Shown: positions 7,492 through 15,273 of the stretch, one piece after another
Layout: each line of letters begins with the position of its first letter
Numbering within the stretch: position 1 is the first letter of the stretch
NCBI RefSeq assembly: GCF_900289195.1
Contig: NZ_OMOH01000005.1
Span: forward strand, 30,001 to 62,000
DNA: 32,000 nucleotides
Source: Propionibacterium ruminifibrarum
GTDB taxonomy: Bacteria; Actinomycetota; Actinomycetes; Propionibacteriales; Propionibacteriaceae
Direction: 5' to 3'
Translations under genes and position numbers: made by a program
The notes under the pieces: model-generated
Databases searched by the model: none
What the model was told of the DNA's origin: nothing
What the model saw: the letters and a program-made list of their open reading frames with translations, nothing else

Positions 7492-10400
7492 CGAGTGGGC
7501 AGGGCCTTCGACCTGCTCTCCGAGGGTCTCCACGACCTGGTGGACGAGGTGATGACCAAGACCTACAACTCATCGCAGTGGCCTGACGCGTGGGCCGAGG
7601 AGGATGCCCGGCGTCGGGGTGGCCCCGTGAGGACCATGACCAAGCAGGACGTCCAAGTGCAGCTTCGCGCCATCACCGAACGCGGCTACGAGTTCAAGGA
7701 CGTGCTGTCCCGGGCTCAGCAGAGCTTCGCCTCCGAACTGCGCGAGACCCGCAACAAGTGGGCGCACAACGAGCCGTTCAGCTCCGACGACACCGTCCGC
7801 GCCCTCGACACCATCGAACGGCTCCTCGAAGCAGCGGGATCCACCGACTCGGCCGCCGACGTGCGCAAACTGCGCACCGACCTGCAACGCACCGTCTACG
7901 AGGAACAGACCCGCAAGCAGGCCAAGAAGGCCACCACGGTGTCCCTCGAACCTGGGGCCGGGCTGAAACCCTGGCGCGAGGTGATAAGGCCCCACGACGA
8001 CGTGGCCAGGGGCGAGTTCACCGCCTCCGAGTTCGCCGCCGACCTGCACTTGGTGCACACCGGACAGGCCACCAGCCCGGAGTACGGCGACCCGGTGGAG
8101 TTCTTCTCCCGCACCTACCTCACCGAGGGCCTGCGCGATCTGCTGTCCCGGGCCCTGCGCCGCCTGGATGGCGACGGCAACGCCAGCCCGGTGGTGAACC
8201 TTCAGACCAACTTCGGCGGCGGCAAGACCCACTCCATGCTCGCCCTCTACCACCTGTTCTCCGGAACCCCGGCGCAGCGCCTCCCGCAGGACGTGCAGGA
8301 ACTCGTCGCCGAGGTCGGCAACCCCGACCTGGCGGCGCTCAACGTCAGGCGGGTCGCCCTGGTCGGCACATACCTGAAGGCGGGATCGCCGCAGGTCAAA
8401 CCGGACGGCACCCAGGTGCACACCCTGTGGGGCGAGCTGGCATGGCAGCTCGGCGGGCGCGAGGCCTATGACATCGTCGCCGACGACGACCGGGCGGGCA
8501 CCAGCCCCGGCGAGGCGCTGCGAAGGCTGATCCAGGCCTACGCCCCGGCGCTCATCCTCATCGACGAGTGGGTGGCCTACGCCCGCCAGTTGGTCACCGA
8601 CCAGGAACTCCCCGCCGGCTCCTTCGACACCCAGTTCACCTTCGCCCAGTCCCTGACCGAGGTGGTGCGGTCGGTCCCGGGGGCCATGCTCGTGGTCTCC
8701 ATCCCCGCCTCCGACAGCGGCGACCGGGGAAGCGACATCGAGATCGGCGGGGCCAACGGGCAGCTCGCCCTCGACCGCCTCCAGAACGTCATCCGCAGGG
8801 TGGCCGACCAGTGGAGGCCCTCCAGCCGGGACGAGTCCTTCGAGATCGTCCGCCGACGCCTGTTCCAGGCCCCGGACGCCGCAGGACTCACCTACATCTC
8901 GGCAGTGGCCCGCACCTTCGCCACCATGTACCGGAACAACTCGGCGCTGTTCCCCCGGGACGCGGCGACACCGAACGACGACTACGAGAAACGCATCCGC
9001 GCCTCGTACCCCCTGCACCCCGAACTGCTGGACCGGCTGTACGAGGACTGGTCCGCGTTGGAACGGTTCCAGCGCACCCGCGGGGTGCTGAAACTGGTGT
9101 CGTCCATCGTCCATGAGCTGTGGGCCTCGAACGACACGTCCCCGCTGATCCTGCCCGGCAATGTGCCGCTGGACGCCACGACGGTGAACACCGATCTGAC
9201 CCAGTACCTGGAGGACCAGTGGAAGCCGATCATCGACTCCGACATCGACGGCGCCAGCTCGACGGCCCAGCGGATCGACCTGGACCGTCCCAGTCTGGGG
9301 CAGCGGTTCGTGACACAGCGCATCGCCCGCACCATCTTCATGGGGGCGGCGCCCCGCAGCCGGAGTGCCCGCAAGGGGCTGGACAAGCAGTACGTGTGGC
9401 TCGGCACCGCCGTGCCCGGCGACGTGCTGGGCAACTTTGGTAGCGCCATCGAGCAGCTGGCCCAGCGCTCCACGTACTTCTACGAGGAGCAGGGCCACTA
9501 CTGGTTCGACACCCAACCGTCCGTCACCAAGACCGCCAGCGACTACGCCGAGAGGCTGCGCGAGGACGTCGAGACGGTGTGGAACGAGATCACCAGGCGG
9601 CTCCGCGGCGAGGAACGCAGCCGCGCCGAGTTCGACCGGGTGCACGTGGCCCCCGAATCCAGCGCCGACATCCCCGACCTGGAGGACACGCGGCTGGTGA
9701 TCGCGCACCCCAGGCACAGCGTCCGCAGGCAGGATGGACCCGACTCGGAGGCCTTCCAGTGGGTGCACGAGGCGGTCGAGACGAAGGGGGCCGGGCAGCG
9801 CATCCACCGCAACACGCTGATCTTCCTGCTGGCCGATTCGGGCCAGCTGGAGAGCCTGGAGTCCGCGACGCGCACCTACCTGGGCTGGAAGCAGGTGCAG
9901 GCGACCAGTGAGACCTTGAACCTCACGGCCCAGCAGCACAAACAGGCCGACGAGTGGGTGAGTCGTCTGGACCAGACCGTCACCGACCGGATCCGCGACA
10001 CCTTCGTGTGGGCGCTGTACCCCGAGCAATTCGACCCGACCAAACCCTTCGACGTGGTGTCGAGCAGGATCCTCGACTCCGGCACACGCTCCCTCGCCGA
10101 ACGGGTGAGCACGAAACTCGTACGCGAGGAACAGCTGATCACCCAGCTGGGCGCGGCCAGCCTGGGGGACGCGCTGCACCGGGAACTGGGGGCGCTGTGG
10201 CAGGACAGGGGCGAGATCACGGCCGAGGAACTGTGGGGCTACTTCACCCGGTACACCTACATGCCGAGGCTGGCCAGCCGGGACGTGCTCGACAACGCCA
10301 TCAAGCAGTCACTGACCGCCGTGCTTGTCGAGAACGAACGCTTCGCGATCGCCACCGGCAAGGACGAGGAAACGGGCCGCTACCGCGGCCTGCTCATCCC

Positions 10401-10872
10401 GCCCGACCCCAACGCCACGCTTCAGGTCACCGACGGCACGCTGCTCGTCGCAATCGAGCGCGCCCAGCAGCAGGTCGATGCGGAACAGGCCGATGCCGCC
10501 CAACCCGCCGGAACCAGTGTGGCAACGGATGCCGGTCAGACGGCTGCGGGTGGTTCAGCCGACTACGTGTGGGCCAGCGGCATACCCGCGGCAACGGGGA
10601 GCGAACAGTCCGGTGCTGAATCGGAACTGGAGGCCGTGCTCGGTCGTTTCTTCGGGTCGGTCAGGATCAACTCCGACCGCTACAACCGCGACATCGGCAA
10701 CATCACCCGCGAGGTCATCGACCGGCTGGCCGGCTCCGGTGCCCAGCTGGAAATCACCATCGACATTCAGGCCATCAAGAAGGAAGGATTCACCGAGTCC
10801 GAGGTGCGTACCATCAGCGAGAATGCGCGGGTGCTGAAGTTTGACCCCGATTCGGGCTTCGAGCAGGACTGA
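7471..10872 (+). CDS. DUF499-family P-loop ATPase with N-terminal Swt1-like HEPN domain
   Basis: 1133 aa. HEPN motif ETRNKWAHNEPF (nt 7750-7767). Walker A is NFGGGKTHSML and Walker B is ALILIDEWVAY. C-terminal FFGSVRINSDRYNRDIGNITREVIDRL...ENARVLKF is typical of DUF499-type ATPases. Confidence 0.85.
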   Translation: MAMNNRDRVGRAFDLLSEGLHDLVDEVMTKTYNSSQWPDAWAEEDARRRGGPVRTMTKQDVQVQLRAITERGYEFKDVLSRAQQSFASELRETRNKWAHNEPFSSDDTVRALDTIERLLEAAGSTDSAADVRKLRTDLQRTVYEEQTRKQAKKATTVSLEPGAGLKPWREVIRPHDDVARGEFTASEFAADLHLVHTGQATSPEYGDPVEFFSRTYLTEGLRDLLSRALRRLDGDGNASPVVNLQTNFGGGKTHSMLALYHLFSGTPAQRLPQDVQELVAEVGNPDLAALNVRRVALVGTYLKAGSPQVKPDGTQVHTLWGELAWQLGGREAYDIVADDDRAGTSPGEALRRLIQAYAPALILIDEWVAYARQLVTDQELPAGSFDTQFTFAQSLTEVVRSVPGAMLVVSIPASDSGDRGSDIEIGGANGQLALDRLQNVIRRVADQWRPSSRDESFEIVRRRLFQAPDAAGLTYISAVARTFATMYRNNSALFPRDAATPNDDYEKRIRASYPLHPELLDRLYEDWSALERFQRTRGVLKLVSSIVHELWASNDTSPLILPGNVPLDATTVNTDLTQYLEDQWKPIIDSDIDGASSTAQRIDLDRPSLGQRFVTQRIARTIFMGAAPRSRSARKGLDKQYVWLGTAVPGDVLGNFGSAIEQLAQRSTYFYEEQGHYWFDTQPSVTKTASDYAERLREDVETVWNEITRRLRGEERSRAEFDRVHVAPESSADIPDLEDTRLVIAHPRHSVRRQDGPDSEAFQWVHEAVETKGAGQRIHRNTLIFLLADSGQLESLESATRTYLGWKQVQATSETLNLTAQQHKQADEWVSRLDQTVTDRIRDTFVWALYPEQFDPTKPFDVVSSRILDSGTRSLAERVSTKLVREEQLITQLGAASLGDALHRELGALWQDRGEITAEELWGYFTRYTYMPRLASRDVLDNAIKQSLTAVLVENERFAIATGKDEETGRYRGLLIPPDPNATLQVTDGTLLVAIERAQQQVDAEQADAAQPAGTSVATDAGQTAAGGSADYVWASGIPAATGSEQSGAESELEAVLGRFFGSVRINSDRYNRDIGNITREVIDRLAGSGAQLEITIDIQAIKKEGFTESEVRTISENARVLKFDPDSGFEQD

Positions 10873-10914
10873 ACTAAATTAAGGCTGAAATCAGAGATGC
10901 TGCTGACAGGGAGT

Positions 10915-10932
10915 AAAACCATTTTTGGTTTT
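10915..10932 (+). terminator. Weak AU-rich hairpin plus T-rich tail after the DUF499 gene
   Basis: aaaacca-tttt-tggtttt followed by gtgtattgtttc, 43 nt after the stop codon. The stem has only 2 G:C pairs. Confidence 0.35.
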
Positions 10933-11735
10933 GTGTATTGTTTCTGATGTGCAGGCTGGGGTCACATTCGAAGAAGTTTTCACCCTTGCCGCGTGGAAGG
11001 AATGGTTGCCATCTATGTGTTAGCTCGGATGGGGACCGAAGCGATCTGTTATGCTTCAAGGGACCGGTGATTAGGATCTTGCGTAGTGGGAAGGCTACAC
11101 GGGGATGGTTTGCAGACTGATAGGGCACCAGGATGTGCTTGACCCCGATTCGTTACGTGAGGAACCCAGCCGTTGTGAAACTCTCCTGTGCTCAGAAAGA
11201 AAAGGAAGAAGAGTTTCGACTAGTCATCAAAACTAGTGTTCATGATGGATTCGGGCTTGACGTCTTGAAAATCCTGAATGTGTTACTACGTTTTGATCCA
11301 CTGGCATCGTAAATCCGGTTAGCTGTACATTTTCTTGACGCATTTCAAAGTGACATTTTACCAATCCGATGCTTAGTGTCCTGGGTTTTCGATTCTCTGG
11401 CATGTCTAACTTCATACAGATAAATGCCGCTACTTCTGCTAAACTGGTCTGTATATCAGTCACACATCTCAATCGATTTTCCATAAGAGCGAACTCTATC
11501 ATAGAGTGATAAAGCGCCTCCGGGGTGCATGTCAGATCAAGGGCGCGTTATGTGTGAAAAGACTGGGTTGTAGTAAGCTCAGTCTGAGTGTGTGAGGACA
11601 ACTAAAGCAGGACATGGCGGGTGGGAACTATCGGTGCTGAATCCAAGGCCTGAGCGGTTGTGAACTCAACAAGACAGTTTGAATACTGCTTGCGGGAAAA
11701 GGGATTGGGCTTCACTGGAAACGCATAAAGTGAAA

Positions 11736-11778
11736 GAATAGACGCTATCATGATAGCGGAGTACTTCGGCGTCTATTC
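11736..11778. repeat. Nested palindrome in the non-coding part of the AT-rich island
   Basis: The 10-bp arms gaatagacgc (11736-11745) and gcgtctattc (11769-11778) enclose a perfect 14-bp palindrome gctatcatgatagc (11744-11757). The palindrome shares 2 nt with the left arm, so the two pairings compete. Confidence 0.7.
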
Positions 11779-11854
11779 GCGGAGTGATACAAGTAAAGTT
11801 GCTAAAATCTGTTCTATGGTGCTCCTCCGATGTTGCCCTCGCCAAGACTGATCG

Positions 11855-13111
11855 ATGTTTTCTGCTATCGTTCCGAGTATGAAAGGTCATCCACGCATGC
11901 CTCCTTACGGATCTGCACGGGATCTCCCATCAGTCAAGGAGATAGAACAGCAAATAGCAGCATTCAAGAAGGTGATGTTCTTTTCGCGTGATAAACGGAG
12001 GCGGCTAGAGCAGTTAGAAAACAAGCATCGACATATAATAGAAACCGTTGACACTTTCTATGACTTGCTCGGGGCGCGCAACTGGGTTTTCACTGATGAT
12101 CTCAACTTAGATGAGATTCAAAAAGTCGTGGCTGGCTCTGATTCGCAGGTGGCGGAAAAGCGTCTTATTGAGTATTACCAGAAAACTGGACGAATCTCAT
12201 CTCTACTTCGTCAGCTCAGCCGATTTGACGAGATGCAGAAGCGTCTTCCCCTGCTACAGAAGGCGCTGGCTGATTATGAAGCGGGTCGCTACTACAGCAC
12301 CGTTCTTGTCATACTTTCAATGATGGATGGTTCCGTCAATGACCAGGACACGGCACAACGCAGAGGACTGCATGCACGTTCGCCCGAAGATATGATGGCC
12401 TGGGATAGCGTCGTCGGGCATCATCTTGGGCTGGGGCATGCTCACAAATCCTTCGTTAAAGCGTATTTCAAGACAGATGAAACCGAAATTACTGAGCTGG
12501 CTCGTAATGGAATCATGCACGGCACTTTGGTGAACTATGACAACGTAGTAGTCGCAACAAAAGCTTGGAATCGTCTTTTTGCAGTTGCTGACTGGGCTGA
12601 TGCGCGGAAGCGACAAAAACGACCTGTTGAACCAGCGCCCTCGTATAGAGAATTAATGACACGTTGGTGTAAAATCCAGTCTAACAAGACTAAGATTGAA
12701 CAGTGGCAGCCGTATGAGTATGATCCAAACTTACCGCATGAAGATCCCGCTGAAGTTGCCATGGTGTGCGCAGACTTTCTTGAGCGATGGAGTAAGCGCC
12801 AATGGGCGCCGATGGGTGAGTACTTTATAAAACTCGTGAACCCCCAGCGGCCCCCCGGCCAACTTGCGCGAGAAGCCAGGGATCTTTACGAGCAGTTCAA
12901 TCTTGACGAATGGAAGATCCTTAGAGTGCGACACGAGGCCGCTGCCGTCGCGTATACTGATGTGCAGCTCATAGTGAATTCCAGGATTTACCTGGCTGAT
13001 CTACGTTGGATTCATGTTGACGGTAATGAGAAAACTGCCATGGAATGGGAACCTGGACGTTGGGTGCTGTCACCGTATGGGCCAAATAAATTCCTCAGTA
13101 TCGACGATTAA
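11855..13111 (+). CDS. Hypothetical protein (418 aa) with a HEPN-like Rx4H motif; orphan gene of the AT-rich island
   Basis: This is the only long ORF in the island, and its low-GC codon usage is consistent with the island. The pattern LQKALADYEAGRYYSTVLVILSMMDG ... ELARNGIMHG (R217-x4-H222, nt 12503-12520) resembles a HEPN four-helix bundle. The N-terminus is predicted coiled-coil-like, and the C-terminal ~150 aa is an unrecognised globular region. The start is uncertain (ATGs at 11855, 11879, 11897). Confidence 0.6.
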   Translation: MFSAIVPSMKGHPRMPPYGSARDLPSVKEIEQQIAAFKKVMFFSRDKRRRLEQLENKHRHIIETVDTFYDLLGARNWVFTDDLNLDEIQKVVAGSDSQVAEKRLIEYYQKTGRISSLLRQLSRFDEMQKRLPLLQKALADYEAGRYYSTVLVILSMMDGSVNDQDTAQRRGLHARSPEDMMAWDSVVGHHLGLGHAHKSFVKAYFKTDETEITELARNGIMHGTLVNYDNVVVATKAWNRLFAVADWADARKRQKRPVEPAPSYRELMTRWCKIQSNKTKIEQWQPYEYDPNLPHEDPAEVAMVCADFLERWSKRQWAPMGEYFIKLVNPQRPPGQLAREARDLYEQFNLDEWKILRVRHEAAAVAYTDVQLIVNSRIYLADLRWIHVDGNEKTAMEWEPGRWVLSPYGPNKFLSIDD

Positions 13112-13476
13112 AGTTATTCATGGTGCCCGCGGATGAGGTATAGTATCGCGACACTTCGAGTGAAGGCTTCTGCTGATAAGGTTGCTAGTGTCGCGAGTCG
13201 TTAGTTTTGATGGTTTGGGGTCAGGGAAGATCTCGCCGTGAGGAATTCTCTGGTTCCTGTTTTAGTGTTAAATGGTTATGGTTGGGGTTGCTGTAGTTAT
13301 GGGCGGGCTGTCATTGACTTGCACTGGGCCTGCGATGAGGGATTGGGGCCGTGCTGCTCGCGATTGGACGGGTTCAGATGCGGGTCTCATGCGCTCCATT
13401 CATCAGCGTGTCGGAGCGTGACGTCGTACTCGTTGTCGGAAGGCCGCCCCCGACATATACATGTTAGATTGTATGT

Positions 13477-14040
13477 ATGAGACGGACGGCTGAGGCTGCG
13501 GAGCAGACGCGGCGCGCGCTGCTGGAGGCGGCGCTGTTGACCTTCGAGGAGAGGGGCTGACGCGGGGCGACCTTCGAGGTCGTCGCCGCTCGCGCAGGTG
13601 TCACCCGCGGCGCGTTGCACCATCACTTCAGTTCCAAGGCCGTGCTGCTCGAGGACGCGCTCGCATGGGGCTGGGCCGAGTACGGGGCACGGCTCTTCGA
13701 TGTCGAACCCGCGGACCTGGCGGCACTGCTGCCCGAGTTCGTGCACCTCCTGCGCGAGGACGCCAGGTTCCGCGCCCTGGCGGCCTGCACGGTGCTCGTC
13801 GCGCCGCAGGCCCTCGGCGACACCGCCGGGAAGAACGCCGCACTCGATGCCTGGCGCGACCGTATCGCCGCCGGCCTCCCCGCCACTTCCGAATCCACCC
13901 CAGAAACGGTCGCAGCCCTGGCGCTGGTGCTCGTGCAGGGGCTCACCGTGACAGCCGTGATGCGCCCCGACGATCTTCCCCGGCCCGACGAGCTGAGCGC
14001 CACGATCTCGGCGCTGGCAAGGGGGTTGCGCCCGACATAG
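13477..14040 (+). pseudogene. TetR-family transcriptional regulator interrupted by an in-frame TGA at 13558-13560
   Basis: ATG 13477 gives MRRTAEAAEQTRRALLEAALLTFEERG, then TGA. The same frame continues RGATFEVVAARAGVTRGALHHHFSSK (TetR HTH) into the tracked ORF 13615-14040. The stop falls just before the HTH. Confidence 0.75.
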
Positions 14041-14061
14041 TCAGAAAGGAGTCGTCACCTC

Positions 14062-15231
14062 ATGGCGACACCCGACACCACCTCCGCCACCACTCCAAGC
14101 CATGCCCTCGTCGTCGGCTCGGTGGCACTGTTCACCGACATGCTCGTACACGGCCTCGCCGTGCCCGTGCTCCCGCTGCTCCCGTCAGTGGTCGCCCGTG
14201 GCCCGGCCGCCACGGGCGTCCTGTTCTCGGCGTACGCGGCAGCGATGATCGTCTCGACACTGTTCGCCGGCCGTGTCGTCGACCGTCGCGGGCCGCGGAT
14301 GCCGCTGCTCATCGGCCTTGTGGGCCTGGCCGTGGCCACGCCGCTGTTCGCCACCGGCGGCCCCTACTGGCTGCTGCTCGTCGCCCGGCTCGCACAAGGC
14401 GTCGCGGGCGGCATGTCCTGGGTCGCCGCGCTCTCGCTGATCGCCGCGACGACGAGCCTCGAACGACGCGGACAGGCGATGGGGATCGCCATGTCCACCA
14501 TCACCCTCGGCGTGCTGATCGGCCCGCCGCTGTCCGGGTTCATGGTCGAACGCCTCGGTACGGCCGCCCCGTTCCTGCTCGCCGCCGCCGTCGCCCTCGC
14601 CGACGGTATGCTGCGCATCCTCCTCGTCAAGGATTCACCACGAGTCACCGACGACACCGCGGGCCCGCGACAGGTGCTGCGGGTCCCCGGCTCGGCCGCC
14701 ATCGTCACCGCCATCGCGATCGGGGCGGGCGTGCTCTCCGCCGTCGAACCGGTGCTCCCGGTGCACCTGGGGGCCGGATCGCTCCTCATCGGCCTGCTGT
14801 TCGCCCTGGCCTCGCTCGCCGCGATCCTCGCCAATCCCGTGGTGGGGCGCTGCGTTGCGACGGCCCCGCCGCGACTGCTCATCGGCTCGGGCGTGGCCAC
14901 GGCCTCGGCATCGCTGGCCCTCATCGGTTGGGCCGACCGGCTGTGGCAGACCGGTGTGGCCATGGCGCTGCTCGGCGTCTCGTCGGCGCTGCTGCTCGCC
15001 CCGGCGACCACCCTCATCGGCGAGCAGGGCCTCCGGGTCGACCCGCCCACACTCGGCGGCTCCTACGCGCTGTACAACCTCGCCTACGCGGCCGGCCTGT
15101 CGCTCGGGCCCCTGCTCGCCGGGCTCGGCGTGCAGCGGGCGGGCTTCACCGCCGCGATGACGACAGGGGCCGTGCTCCTGGTCGCCGTCGGCGGAACGGT
15201 CCTGCCGGGTCTTCCACGGACCGTGCCGTGA
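14062..15231 (+). CDS. MFS transporter (probable efflux pump paired with the upstream TetR)
   Basis: 389 aa with a polytopic hydrophobic profile. MFS motif A is FAGRVVDRRGPRMPLLIG. Confidence 0.85.
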   Translation: MATPDTTSATTPSHALVVGSVALFTDMLVHGLAVPVLPLLPSVVARGPAATGVLFSAYAAAMIVSTLFAGRVVDRRGPRMPLLIGLVGLAVATPLFATGGPYWLLLVARLAQGVAGGMSWVAALSLIAATTSLERRGQAMGIAMSTITLGVLIGPPLSGFMVERLGTAAPFLLAAAVALADGMLRILLVKDSPRVTDDTAGPRQVLRVPGSAAIVTAIAIGAGVLSAVEPVLPVHLGAGSLLIGLLFALASLAAILANPVVGRCVATAPPRLLIGSGVATASASLALIGWADRLWQTGVAMALLGVSSALLLAPATTLIGEQGLRVDPPTLGGSYALYNLAYAAGLSLGPLLAGLGVQRAGFTAAMTTGAVLLVAVGGTVLPGLPRTVP

Positions 15232-15273
15232 CGCGCGAAACCGCACGTCCGGACGGCAGGACAGTCCGGCGTA

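Larger units (their letters stand above)
10873..13476. other. AT-rich (about 40-50% GC) island in a ~68% GC background; probable horizontally acquired segment
   Basis: Hand counts of 60-nt lines give 40% GC at 10921 and 12001, versus 62-67% in the flanking genes. GC drops immediately after the DUF499 stop at 10872 and recovers around 13320-13476. No integrase or transposase and no flanking direct repeat was found. Confidence 0.75.

Noticed and set aside
7570-10179. 869-aa ORF antisense to the DUF499 gene. Similar long alternative-frame or antisense ORFs occur at 1718-3205, 13665-15299, 19256-20866, 21948-23090, 24620-26218 and 29331-31229.
   Set aside because: Their translations are Arg/Gly/Pro/Ala-rich and low in complexity, with no recognisable motifs. 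Each overlaps an ORF with clear domain signatures. Long stop-free alternative frames are expected at ~68% GC.
11381-11400. tRNA T-arm-like sequence (gggttttcgattctc) that might mark an integration site.
   Set aside because: It does not fit the GGTTCGAATCC consensus (extra T residues). No acceptor or anticodon stems can be built around it.
11233-11502. 89-aa minus-strand ORF in the AT-rich island (also 10874-11128 and 11666-11890 on the minus strand, 10938-11120 and 13238-13480 on the plus strand).
   Set aside because: There are no recognisable motifs. 11233-11502 has a GGAGG but 14 nt from the ATG. 11666-11890 runs through the nested palindrome and overlaps the 5' end of the 418-aa ORF on the opposite strand. 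I cannot support any of them as genes without expression or homology data.
10873-11854. Retron-type msr/msd ncRNA, type III toxin-antitoxin RNA repeats or a CRISPR array in the 1-kb non-coding stretch.
   Set aside because: There is no reverse transcriptase gene, and I could see no tandem or regularly spaced repeats. Only isolated palindromes are present.
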